DNA of 64,000 nt from Octopus bimaculoides (Eukaryota): NCBI RefSeq assembly GCF_001194135.2, contig NC_068998.1, positions 46,164,821 through 46,228,820 on the forward strand, read 5' to 3'. Below are positions 1 through 26,689 of the stretch, piece by piece. Each line of letters starts with the position of its first letter. Positions within the stretch are counted from its first letter, which is position 1. Both the position numbers and the translations under genes were made by a program. The notes under the pieces were generated by a model. The model had not been told where the DNA came from and did not search any database. It saw nothing but the letters and a program-made list of their open reading frames with translations.

Positions 1-155
1 AATATATATATATATAAATAAATATATATATATATAAATAAATATATATATATATATAAATAAATATATATATAAATAAATATATATATAAATAAATATA
101 TAAATATATATATATAAACAAATAAATATATATGTATATAAAATATATATATATA
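1..155. repeat. (AT)n / ATAA compound microsatellite
   Basis: Repeated atatatatatataaataa units. Confidence 0.95.
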
Positions 156-157
156 TC

Positions 158-445
158 CTTACTATAGCCTCAGGCTGACCAAAATCTTGTGAGTGGATTT
201 CGTACTCGGAAACTGAAAGAAGACTGTCATATATTTGTGTATGTGTGTGCCTGTGTTTGTACCCCCACCATTCCTTGACAACTGATGTTGCTGTGTTCAC
301 ATTCCTGTAACTTAGCGGTTTGGTAAAAAACACTGACACAATGAGTACTAGGCTTACAAAGAATAAATCGTGTGGTTGATTTCTTCAACCAACGACGGTG
401 CTCCACTATGGCCGCAGTCACATGACTGAAACAAGTAAAGCAATA
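158..445 (+). mobile_element. SINE family B (5'-truncated copy)
   Basis: Matches the actatagcctc...gtgagtggattt...gtaacttagcgg...gactgaaacaagtaaa pattern seen about 20 times in the window. Confidence 0.8.
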
Positions 446-501
446 AAAATCTATGCCATTTTAATCCCGAGCAAGGCCGGGTATCTCTGCTAGTGTGTGT
501 G

Positions 502-556
<55 letters not shown>

Positions 557-630
557 ATACATACACAGTCATGGCCAATGATTTTGGCAAACAGATTTTT
601 TGCTATTTCATGTGAAATCATATGAATGAT

Positions 631-825
631 AATTGCAGCATGGAAGGTGTTTATAAGCCATTAAAAAAACACAAAAACTCCATGCTGCACAGAATTTTGT
701 CATTGAACAGGTAGCGCTTTCAAAGCGCTGAAAATATTTTGACAAATTGAATTTGAATGTTGAAGTGAATCTAATGGTTTTTGTGTGTTTTTAAATGGCT
801 TTTAGACACCTTTCATGCTGCAATT
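631..825. mobile_element. MITE-like element with ~48-bp terminal inverted repeats
   Basis: aattgcagcatggaaggtgtttataagccatt... (631) is the near reverse complement of ...aatggcttttagacacctttcatgctgcaatt (825). Central palindrome agcgctttcaaagcgct. Confidence 0.7.
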
Positions 826-1310
826 GCTTTTGTTTCAGCACCCGATCTCTGATCTGGTCACTTGCTATGCAAGTACATCTCCGTAATATCATGAATGTTC
901 ATGATTTAATATTATTCTCACAGGTTATCTGTTATCCAATAAGATTTGAAAGTGAAACTATTGTAAACCAATAGATATTGCAAATAATCATCAGTTTGCA
1001 GAATTGGTTATATTTCCCACAAGTGGAAATCACATTCCTCTTCAGGATTGTAAGCTGGAATCACATGCAAACTAATAATTAATAACCACAACAGTAAACA
1101 AAGTTATGTATAATGTCATCACACAGAAAGCTTACTCTAAGCTCTGTGTGATTCTCTGAATCTCCTTCCATATATTATGTATTAAGGCTGGTAAAGAGGT
1201 TGCTCATGCCTGAACCAAAATGTTAAAACCTTAGACAAGACACTCCACTCTTATATACACACCATCAGTATAAAGGTAATAAATGAACAGTAAAGAAAAT
1301 ACACACTCAC

Positions 1311-15354
<14,044 letters not shown>

Positions 15355-15409
15355 TCAGCATTCAGATTATTCTCACCAATTTAATATTTATTTATTTCTT
15401 TTATTCTTT

Positions 15410-15540
15410 AACATGTTTCAGTCATTTGACTGCGGCCATGCTGGAGGCTATAGTAGAAGACACTTGCCCAAGGTGTCACACAGTGGAACTGAACTGGGAT
15501 CCATGAAGGTGAGAAGCAAGCTTCTTACCACACAGCCACA
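15410..15540 (-). mobile_element. SINE family B with a large internal deletion (tail joined to head)
   Basis: ccatgctgga joins directly to ggctatagtagaagacacttgcc; the middle ~250 bp of the consensus is missing. Confidence 0.7.
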
Positions 15541-15686
15541 TGCATATTATCTGTAACTTAATACAATAAAGTGTTCCTTGATGATCCGTTGTGGGTGAGC
15601 ATTTAGAACACCAATTGTAACACCCCAAACAACCATAATGGAGAAACACAGTGGAAACTATTACATAAAGCTGTGTTTATTCTTTC

Positions 15687-15726
<40 letters not shown>

Positions 15727-16297
15727 ATAACATAATATGGTAAAAATTCGATATTAATTAATATCAATTTAATACCAGGAAACTAGCACATTAAAAGAAT
15801 CAGAAGGTTCAGGAAAAAATTTTTTTTGAGATCCTAAAAAGATTATAGTACATATATATATATATATATATATTATAACTGAAGGGCTCCAATTTCCAGT
15901 AGTCAGAGTTACTCATTTCTAATCATCAGCAGGAAAACCGAGCCTTGCTTCCCTTTAAAATATTTCCTGTCTAAATACCTTTTGAAATACGAAATGAAAG
16001 TTTGAGGAAAATACTTATCCTTATGTTTTGCTGCTTAAAAACCTTTGTGAACTACACATGCAAAAACAGCTGCTTCAAGCTCACACTTATGACTTCATTT
16101 CTGGTTTTGGATATTTTAAAACGAAACCAGGCTTGGTTTACCAGCTGGTGAGTGGCAACGAGTAAGTCTGAGAGCTGGGAATCAGAACAGTGCAGTTATA
16201 ATGTATTAAAGAATACTCTGCTTTCGTATCAAGTCCTGTAATTTATTGCTTCTGGTGAACCAACAGATGTATGTATATATATATATGTGTGTGTGTG

Positions 16298-16428
16298 TGT
16301 GACAATTAGTTGGTTGTCATAATACAACTCAGAGTTTCGGATGCTGGGGCTGAAATGAGATGCCAGAGCAGACTTCAGCCCCGGCATCCGAAACTGAGTT
16401 TTATTATGACAACCAACTAATTGTCACA
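16298..16428. repeat. Hairpin / MITE-like inverted repeat: 57/55-nt arms, 19-nt loop
   Basis: tgtgacaattagttggttgtcataata...ggggctgaa pairs with ttcagcccc...tattatgacaaccaactaattgtcaca, with 2 mismatches and one 2-nt bulge. Confidence 0.9.
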
Positions 16429-16888
16429 TATTTATAGATAAATTCCTCTATTTTACATAATATCAAGGTCTCATTCATTCTTTTGTTGTCATATTATTAT
16501 TATTATTGATAGATAGATAGATAAGAAGGGTTTCCAGCCATAGAAACCATGCTGAGGCAGACAGGAGAGATTGGCACAATCTTCTGGTTTGTCAGTCCCT
16601 GCCAAACTATCCAACCCATGCTAACACAGAAAACATAAATTAAATAACGATGACACACACACACACACACACACAATGATGACTTGCAAATTCATTCTTA
16701 ATATGGTCTAGTTGATTAAAATGGGAATATGCTAATTGCTGTTGTGTTCGTCACAGAACAACTTCAACATATGCAATTCATAAGTACCGCACAGTAATTA
16801 CATTTTCATGTTTGAATCTGCTGGAATGTCTTAATAAAAACACAAGTCATCATTTTGAATCTTGCCATTTACCATGCACATGACAGTT

Positions 16889-16924
<36 letters not shown>

Positions 16925-17308
16925 ACACTGGATACACATAATTTGGTTTGTTTTGCATTTTCCTAGTCATAAAAATACTTAGGCATTGAGTTACTTTCTC
17001 TTCTTGTGTCTGCTGCTACCCTGGACCCACTACGAAATATTTAACACTATTTCCTTGTTTCAATTTTGTCCCTTCTTCACCAGATGAATCATGACAAACC
17101 TTCTTGCATTCCTGCCATGGACAACTGTTAACCCTTTCGATACCAGCCCACCCAAGACTGCCCCTACTTCTATGACAGAAACTTTCTATATAAAGTGATT
17201 TAAATCAAAATTTCCCATGACAATTCCTCATTAATTTATGTACCAGTTACCAGCTTAGGAATGACCAAGGTATTTTACCAAATGCTTTATTATTTTCAGA
17301 ATTAATTG

Positions 17309-17340
<32 letters not shown>

Positions 17341-18304
17341 TGCGATATAGTACAACAGAAATATGGTAACAAAAGCACTGGTGCCAAGCTGTATCGGCCC
17401 CTTTTCCTTTCCCTTGGATAACACCAGTGGCATGAAGAGGAGAGGCTGGTATGCATGGGTGACTGCTGGTCTTCCATAAACAACCATGCCCAGACTTGTG
17501 CCTTGACAGGGCACTTTCTAGATGCAATGCTAGTCATTCATGACCAAAAGGGAGTCTTTACTCTTTATATATATGATGCTGTTGATGAGATACATAGAGG
17601 TGTGTGTGTGTGTGTGTGTGTGTGCGCTTGTGTGTGCATGCACATGCATGTATCTTTGTTTGCCCCCCCTCACATTGCTTGATGACCAGTGTTGGTTTGT
17701 TTCCATTCCTGTAACTTGATGGTCTAGCAAAAGACGCTGACAATAAATTACCAGACTACGAAAAAAATGTACTCGGGTCAATTTCTTAGGCTAAACCCTT
17801 CAATTTGGTGCTCCAGCATGACAGCAGCCCAGGAACTGACACAAATAAAAGATAACTCAACACACCTATACAGAAGTGTGAGTAATATTTATGATGTATG
17901 GGGGGGGGGGGCTGCGTCCATAGGTAAAAGATAGAGAGATGCAAGCAGAACTAAACATAACAGTTTGCCCTGGGGTGGTAGAGGGTATGTTCTTCTCAAA
18001 CTCGTTAGCCCTGGGGTGTGATGGCAGAGAAAGACTAAATGAAGGCCGAGTATTTATGATGAGAGTTTGAAATGGAAACCAGTTTGGCTGGATGGAATTA
18101 AAGGACCCAGAAGGGACCAGAATAAAACAGTGTGTGTGGGAGTGGGGAGGTGCCTATGCATGTGGGTTTGAGTTCATGCACAATGTGGTATGCATGTGCA
18201 TGCCTGTGTGCATACCAAAAATGGAATTGCAGAATATTTTTAAGTATGGAGCATTGTGAGAGAAATATTGAAATAATTCTATATATTGATTGATTGGTTG
18301 ATTG

Positions 18305-18836
18305 NNNNNNNNNNNNNNNNNNNNNNNNNNNNNNNNNNNNNNNNNNNNNNNNNNNNNNNNNNNNNNNNNNNNNNNNNNNNNNNNNNNNNNNNNNNNNNNN
18401 NNNNNNNNNNNNNNNNNNNNNNNNNNNNNNNNNNNNNNNNNNNNNNNNNNNNNNNNNNNNNNNNNNNNNNNNNNNNNNNNNNNNNNNNNNNNNNNNNNNN
18501 NNNNNNNNNNNNNNNNNNNNNNNNNNNNNNNNNNNNNNNNNNNNNNNNNNNNNNNNNNNNNNNNNNNNNNNNNNNNNNNNNNNNNNNNNNNNNNNNNNNN
18601 NNNNNNNNNNNNNNNNNNNNNNNNNNNNNNNNNNNNNNNNNNNNNNNNNNNNNNNNNNNNNNNNNNNNNNNNNNNNNNNNNNNNNNNNNNNNNNNNNNNN
18701 NNNNNNNNNNNNNNNNNNNNNNNNNNNNNNNNNNNNNNNNNNNNNNNNNNNNNNNNNNNNNNNNNNNNNNNNNNNNNNNNNNNNNNNNNNNNNNNNNNNN
18801 NNNNNNNNNNNNNNNNNNNNNNNNNNNNNNNNNNNN
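18305..18836. other. Assembly gap (N)
   Basis: N run. Other gaps: 20834-20843, 36217-36495, 37293-37442, 41959-42060, 43542-43590, 45065-45862, 47501-47802, 48234-49149, 50451-50887, 61904-61913, 63423-63432. Most are bounded by microsatellites. Confidence 1.
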
Positions 18837-18866
18837 TGTATGTATGTATGTATGTATGTATGTATG

Positions 18867-18905
<39 letters not shown>

Positions 18906-20383
18906 GTGTGTGTGTGACTGTCTTCCCCACTACCACTACTTGACAATCATTATTGGTTTGTTTATGTCTGTGTAGCAGTTCAGCAAAATGAGACCGATAG
19001 AATAAGTATAAGTACCAAGCTTTAAAAAATAAGTCCTGGGTTCGATTCATTTGAATTAAACCTTTCAAAGTAGTGCCCCAGCATGGTCACAATCCAATAA
19101 CTGAAACAACAGACTAAAAGATTACAAGGTTTATGAAACTGATGACATATCATTGTCTACTGTATTAGTGAAGGTGAAGGTGGGGGGCTTAGTTTTGTAA
19201 TGTTTGTAGGATTAGGGTGACAGTTGTGATGATGAGGACTTGCTTTTAATGTTCTCTAAGCTCATCTCCTATTCATTTACAAAGCATGCACACGCAGGCA
19301 GACACAGAAATTGGAGCAAATGTACACAGTATGTTACAATAACATGTAAGAATGTATGTAAGTGCTGGCCTAAGGACACACACACACACACACACAAGGA
19401 CACTAATATGAGTCAGATAGCAGAAGCTTAAATTAGATATATTACAGTAACAAGCTGTGAGGGGGGAATTAAAACGGAAGGTAGTAAACGGAAGGTAGTC
19501 TCTCTCTTTCTCCCCTCAGTTGTCTGGTCACCTGTTGTCAATTCTGACAACAAATCACATGACATTTGGTCACCCAACGCTCTTCTTGGAACTACAACTA
19601 GTGCTATTAGACTTTTGTGTGCCGATACTACTCTGCATTATCTCTTCAACATGTAGGTCAGACCAGCCTCAATACACCAACATGTATTAGTGGCCACTGT
19701 CGATATGTTCATGAGGGCTATCCTGCAATGATAGCATGGTAATGCCAGTCATTTTAGCAGTACCAAAACTCAGTCACTACACCACCCCTTATTGCGATAT
19801 AACAATCTTAGTGCACTGTGTATGTGTGGGTCTATATCAGCATTTTAACATGCATTTTTCCTTATTTGCAAATGGATTGGACAGAGTTCATTGAGGCAAA
19901 TTTTCTATGGCTGGATGCTCTTCCTGTGGCCAACCCTTACCTGTTTCCAGGACATGCTCTTGCAGAGTATTGAAAATGAACAACACTGCTTGTATAACAG
20001 AACAACCATTTTACAACTACCTTATGATGTCAAGACAAAGAGGTGTGTGTGTGTGTGTATAAAATTTGTCTTACAATAGCATTCTCTCGGGAAGGGTTAA
20101 GCCAGCTCCTATTGAGTTTACTGTGTCATGGGTCAAGGTGGTCCACACACATCTGTTGGCGGTTGATTCTGTAGCATGTTGAAGCCATTCCCGGTTCCAG
20201 CAACGAACACCTAAGACTTATTGGTCAGAAATGAGTTCCATATCTGCTTTGTCATAAGCCAAGTCTTCAGCTGATCACCCCTCTGCTTATTGCCAACCCA
20301 GGACTGGATCTGGTGCTATCACCTTCCAGATGAAATTGTGTAGAAGGCAATATATGCATTTACACAACGGGATTCTTTCAGTT

Positions 20384-20618
20384 TTTTATTCCTTTACTGC
20401 CCACAAGGGGCTACACACAGAGGGGACAAACAAGGACAGACAAACGGATTAAGTCGATTACATCTACCCAAGTGCATAACTGGTACTTATTTAATTGACC
20501 CCGAAAGGATGAAAGGCAAAGTCGACCTCGACGGAATTTGAACTCAGAGCATAGCGGCAGACGAAATACCGCTAAGCATTTCGCCCGACGTGCTAACGTT
20601 TCTGCCAGCTCACCGCCT
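20384..20618 (-). mobile_element. SINE family C, near-intact, inserted in a family B copy
   Basis: tRNA-like head (ggcggtgagctggcagaaacgttagcac...gagttcaaattcc). Flanked by the direct repeat tttcagtt (20376-20383 and 20619-20626). Confidence 0.85.
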
Positions 20619-20773
20619 TTTCAGTTCTGTCAACCAAATGTTTTCACAAGGCTTTGCACAGCCCAGGGCTACATATAGTAGAAGACACTTGCCCAAGGTT
20701 TCACACAATGGAACTGAACCCACAAGCATGTGAGTGGGAAGCAAATATCTTATCACACAGCCATGTTAGAATA

Positions 20774-20833
<60 letters not shown>

Positions 20834-20864
20834 NNNNNNNNNNGAGAGAGAGAGAGGGAGAGAT

Positions 20865-20898
<34 letters not shown>

Positions 20899-22125
20899 TC
20901 TGTATGTATGTACAAATATGCACACACACGGGGGACCCCCCCCCCTACAGACACACACTGGATGTACTTTACTATGGTACATGGCCTAGTTAGTGCTGGT
21001 GATACAGTGAAGTGCACCTAATGTCAAGTAACTGCTAAATGGGTGGAGACCATATAGGGTTGACAAAAGTGATGGTACTACCAAAATTTGCCCAGCACAT
21101 GCTATAAAGTGGTTGATTATATAAAGAGCGTCCAACCATAGAAAACAAACTAAACACTGACGAGATACAAAGTGATCTCACAAGTGCTGGTGCCATGAAA
21201 AAGACATCCTGTACTCTTTTTGAAGTGGTTAATATTAGGAAGACATCCATATCCAGCCATAACCAGCAGATCTATAATCGAATGTGTTCCAACCATCACC
21301 ACAGCATCTTTCAACTAGACACAGTATTTCAGTTTATATTAACTAATGTGCCCTCCTATTTTCAAGGTGAGAGAGTAATTTGGCTTCCATTTCTAGCACA
21401 GCTCATTGGTCGCATACAGTGAGGGAGTGGACAGTGTTCTGGTGTTGGAAGAGCCAGCATTTTAAAGTCTTTTAAAGACCAACTCAAATCTGAGACACTG
21501 CAGCTTCCAAAGACATTATTATGTAGTGTAAGGAAATGGGTGCATGCCCATAGCCTCTGCAGAGCCTCCCCACTCAGACTACTGTAACATCTTGCTTGAA
21601 GTAGAAAAGCTGATTTTGGAAGAAATACTGTGTTGTAAAACTGGGATAACTTAAAAATGAAACACAAGAAATGGATAAACAGCTTAAGTCTTATAAGATT
21701 CCAGGTCTTAGCAGTACTGGCAATAGTGTAGGTGGTGTAGAAGTAGTGGTGGTTGTGGTAGCAGTAGTAGTTGTATGAAAGGAAAATGAAGATTTTTATA
21801 TATAAAAGTATATATAAAACATTTTCAGAGTAGTCCATGTCTTGCAATCTGACTTTACCAAAACAACCCATGTACCACCAACATCACCACCACAACCAAT
21901 ACTACTACTACTACTACTACTACCACCACTAATGGGACATTCTAGAATATACAGTGTAGATATGTATGTGTTCATAACTTTGCAGTTTTCAAATACACAG
22001 ATGCATGTGTGTTTGTTTATGTATACATTAATATCTACATTATATAGACACACACACACTAATATATACATATCTTGGGTTTACAAGCACATGCACACAT
22101 ACATGCATGTGTGCATACATGTATA

Positions 22126-22172
<47 letters not shown>

Positions 22173-22266
22173 GATGATGAGTAGAAACAGAGAGAAGTGA
22201 TAAAATGTGGGTTATGGAGAAGTGTATAAGTACAGTTACACACGCAAATAATTGCGCCTATATATG

Positions 22267-22341
<75 letters not shown>

Positions 22342-22826
22342 ACATTCATGTTTGTCTGTCTATATGAATTATATATGTCTGTATGTGTGTGTGTGTGACA
22401 CAAGAGCAAGACCCCAGACTTGGTAAAAAAATGATGAGAAAGAGAGATTATACTTATGTATGTATGTATGTATGTATGTATATATATATATATCATCATC
22501 ATCATCATCATCGTTTAACGTCCGCTTTCCATGCAAGCATGGGTTGGACGATTTGACTGAGGAATATATATATATATGTATATATATATACACACACATA
22601 ATGTGTGTTAAATAGATTAGTATGTGAGTGTATGTGTGTGTTATGTAACATAAAACCTCAGACCAGATCAATACAAACAAACAAACAAACAATATGGGAC
22701 TGGTTATTGATGAATGTTTGGTGTGTACATATATATGTCTAGTGTGTGTACAAGTACACATGCACACACACACACACACACACATGCATCAGTCTGTATA
22801 TAGATATATCATGTCATGTATGCGTG

Positions 22827-22858
<32 letters not shown>

Positions 22859-23816
22859 ATGTAATATATACGTTTGTATATGGAAAATATTATATTGAGG
22901 ATCAAAGGAAAACCAGCTGAAAGCAGCAATGAAGAGGAAAAAAAATATTCAGCCAAATAAAGGGTAGTTTTGTGTGTGTGTGCATGCATTGGTGTGTGCG
23001 TAGGTGATGATGGTGATGTTTTATGGAAAGCGGCTTTGATTAAGATGTGCACACTACCTACTAAAAATAGCTTGAGTGTGTGTGTGTGTGTATTCATATA
23101 TGCATATACACACATACTCAATAATAGGTGTATAGCGCTGTTAGATTAACAGTATGTGTGTAAATCGATAGAAATCCCATAAGTTTATATCAGTCTTATT
23201 CAATATAAAAAAAAAATTCATTAAATGTTGACTTCTTTGTAGGCCAAATATGAATGTGTGTGTGTGCATATTTATATATATTTATATCTATGCATGTTGT
23301 TGCTGTGGCTTAATAGTGAAGGGCTCCTACAGTTTTCTCTCAGAGTTTTCAGAGACCCAGACAAGTGTTTCATCATTTAGATGACTATACTCCACGGAAC
23401 TGTCTCCTGAAATTTTAGCAGTCTGAGTAATAGTCACGGTAGTCTTTAACTGCTTGGTTACAAATATATACTCTACATCATGTATTGAGTGCTTCCTTTG
23501 TGTTTGTACATGGGGAGAGGGAGCAGTTTTTATCAGTTTGAAATGTAATGAAAGTGACAGCAATACAGTACAAGAGTCAGAGCAACAACAACAACAACAA
23601 CAACAACACACATCTTCTGACCATCTAACCATTGATGCTTATTGCTAAACAGCCATTGGTCAGTACATTTGACCGATGGATTGCTTGCAGAAGTTGTTGG
23701 TTACAAACCTATTGTTTGTATTAATAACAAAAAACTTCAAGCTATTTATAACATTCTCCCAGGAGAGAGTGTGTGTGTGTGTGGGGGGATAAATCTAATT
23801 TATACACCCTATCAAG

Positions 23817-23866
23817 AGGGTATCACCTCCTGACTTAGCATCTGCTAAGTCAGGAGGAGATACCCT
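23817..23866. repeat. Near-perfect palindrome: 24-bp arms, 2-nt spacer
   Basis: agggtatcacctcctgacttagca-tc-tgctaagtcaggaggagataccct, 1 mismatch. Confidence 0.92.
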
Positions 23867-24394
23867 GTTATTTTAGACAACATCTCCAAGACATGCCTTC
23901 TGCATGAAGAATACATAGTTAGGTGCAGACAGAAATTTAATGCAGTAAACAAATAAATTAAAAAAAAAATTAGAATAACTTATAATGAAAAAAAAATTAG
24001 TGTTCATAATTCTTATCAAGAAATGCAAGGGAGATAATTTTGAATCCAAATTACAAATTACATGATGGCACACAAGGAGCAGTTAATCTGATAAGTGGTA
24101 AATAACATCACAACTGTAGGTATATTCCAGTCTTATTAGAACTCTTCAGTGCAGTATATTCTAACTCAGTTTTGATAATAGCTTCTGTCAGCCCCTGCTT
24201 AGTTACCCAGCAAAGTGTTAGAAGATTAGGGGTTTACAGTTGAGAGTGTCTCTCTATAACCGATAAATGCTTGTACAGAATTTCATAGAAGAAGATTTGA
24301 CATAAAACTCAATGTGGTGGGCGGTGTAAGAGATCAATAGTTCAATTCCGGTTATCTCCTTATTTTTAGATCTTAAAAGCGTTTGTTACAAATG

Positions 24395-24665
24395 AATATG
24401 TGTATATGTATACATATGTGCATACACGTGTATACATATGTGCATACACGTGTATACATACATATAAATACACACACACGTGTGTATGTAAAATGTGCAA
24501 GGGTGGGAGGAAAATATGTATGTATGTGTATACATACATATAAATACACACACGTGTATATGTAAAATGTGCAAGGGTGGGAGGAAAATGTAGAAAACAT
24601 ACATATGTATAAACAAACACACACGTATATATATATATATGTAAACTGTGCAGGGTGGGGAGGAA
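24395..24665. repeat. Composite minisatellite, three ~73-bp units
   Basis: acacacgtg...atgtaaaatgtgcaagggtgggaggaaaa at about 24474, 24548 and 24619. Confidence 0.85.
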
Positions 24666-24702
24666 AAGGAAGACAGGAAAAAGAAGGGGAGGCATAGTTG
24701 TA

Positions 24703-24737
<35 letters not shown>

Positions 24738-25124
24738 AGCCATTGTATGTGAATAAATGTGTTTGTGTATTCACATACAGAAAAGAATCATTTTATCATG
24801 TTATATAGATTATCCAGACTAGCAACAACAGCTGTTGCTATCATCATCAATACTACTACAATCATTATTATCATTAGCATTATTAATATTGCTGTTGTTT
24901 AGCCCCAGGTCAGGATTAATTAAGGGCATTCCAACCATGAGCATGCCAACATTGTCTCCCCTGCATAGAACCCAGAATTATATTATCTGATAGTACAGGT
25001 GTGGAATTTGAATGAAATTTGGCTGTGATTTCTAGCAGGATAAGTGACCAGAAAGAGGTTCCATTAGATCAGCTGTTGCCTTCGTTGTTGTACCTTATAG
25101 TTGTCTTTCAGACGGATAAAAAAT

Positions 25125-25195
<71 letters not shown>

Positions 25196-25647
25196 AGACA
25201 GAGTCTAGACATATAAATAAAGAATCTATCTGATAGACAAACTTTTAACGCTTCAATACCACTGACACACTGGTATGTTGTGTCACCTCACTTCCACTGC
25301 TACTACAATGGTCGCTGCTCTTCTACCTGCTTGGTTACAAATATATACTCTACATCATGCATTGAGTGCTTCCTTTGTGTTTATATGGAAGTGCCAAAGT
25401 GAGTAGCAAACAACCATCAACCTGGTCCTCCATTCTTGTTTAGTCACCTCTCCTGTGAGTGATCTTCAAAAACTGAACACTAAAATTGATACCCAATCTT
25501 TCCTAACCACATTTATATCCTTCTGAAATTCAAAACTGATATTAAAAAATTGATTTGAAATGTTCAGTTTGTCTCATTAAAGAGAAGCAGAAGGAAGGAA
25601 GGAAGGATAGATAGATAGATAGATAAACACAGACAAACATAGACACA

Positions 25648-26606
25648 AGCTGGGTGGGACTGAAAAGTTCCTGGCCTTAAGGGTATCGTTAACGGCTTGG
25701 TTGGAGGTCCAGCCTTCCGAGTTCTTTTACAGGGCTTAGAGAAACAGAAGGACCACTGCAATAACTGATCTTCGTGTATTTTCTTGTATTTTCTTCTCCT
25801 GCACAATATTTGTTAAGAAACATGACTTACAGAAATTCAAGATGAGATGAGCAGCAGTTGTTTTGGTCTCACCAGCCTGGGTGGCCTACAAAAGTTCACA
25901 GGAGGCAACCATCAACCCTTAACTAAATACCAGCATTTTATTCGCTATGAGGGCAACAGATGGCAGGAACATAATAAACACGAATTAGGAAACAGTGGTG
26001 TTTTTACATCCAGTATGTTACTGTGTGTTTGTGTGCGAGTACAAATGCATAAAGGCATGTGGCTTAGTGGTTGGGGCAATCAGCTCATGATTGTAAAGTC
26101 GTGAGTTCGATTCCTGGTGGCACATTGTGTCCCTGAACAAGGCAATTTATTTCACATTGCTACTGTCCACTCAGCTGGCAAAAGTGAGTAATACCTGTAC
26201 TTCAAAAGGTCAGCCTTGTCACATTCTGTGTCATGCTGAATCTTCCTGAGAACTACATTAAAGGTACATGTTTGTGGAGCACTCAGCCACTTGCATGTCA
26301 ATTTCGATTGGACCAACTGGAACACTTGTCATTGTAACCGACAGAGCACCGGTCATATATACATATATAACTACACACGTGGTGCAGGTGATTTCTTTTC
26401 CTTCTTCGGACTTTGCCCTTTCTCCTTTCCAACGAAGGCCTATGCTTCAAACGTCAAAAACTCTCCCTTTTTACTGAGGGTCAAACTAATACATTCCTTA
26501 AGCACATCCTCTTGTTGTCCATTATAATTAATTTCATTGTTCATTTATTTGAACTGGCTGTATTTTCTTTCACCTGAAACCAGAAACTGTTCAGCACCCC
26601 CTCGTA
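25648..26606. mobile_element. Tc1/mariner-like MITE split by later insertions
   Basis: Left end gggtgggactgaaaagttcctgg (~25650) is near-complementary to right end ccagaaactgttcagcaccccctcg|ta (26604, TA at 26605-26606). A family D SINE lies between them. Confidence 0.55.
26050..26345 (+). mobile_element. SINE family D, diverged
   Basis: gtggcttagtggtt...gagttcgattcc head. The body tcaaaaggtcagccttgtcacattctgtgtc...gcactcagccacttgca matches 46500-46887. Confidence 0.7.
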
Positions 26607-26689
26607 GACATATAAAGACAGACAGGCAGACAGATATAGATAGACAGATAGATAGGCAGGTAGGGGGAAAAGGATAAATAAATAAATAC

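Noticed and set aside
1132-1161. IQRITQSL as the final PI4K2 exon (expected ILNLTQAL-like)
   Set aside because: No polypyrimidine acceptor, and a stop follows after 9 codons. This is a chance resemblance; the real exon is probably left of the window.
21362-21871. 169-aa minus ORF
   Set aside because: Partly low-complexity, no recognisable domain, and no convincing splice signals.
23340-23483. C/D box snoRNA on the minus strand (ATGATGA…CTGA)
   Set aside because: Box spacing is wrong, there is no terminal stem, and I recognise no antisense element.
24110-24200. EAIIKTELEY…TGIYLQL as PI4K2 exon 1
   Set aside because: It lacks the conserved QGSSGSYF loop and ends in a stop, not a phase-0 donor.
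25830-25885. Cryptic 55-nt minus-strand exon (ttttgtAG…GTaagt)
   Set aside because: It ends in phase 1, which is incompatible with exon 2, and the peptide is unrelated to PI4K2.
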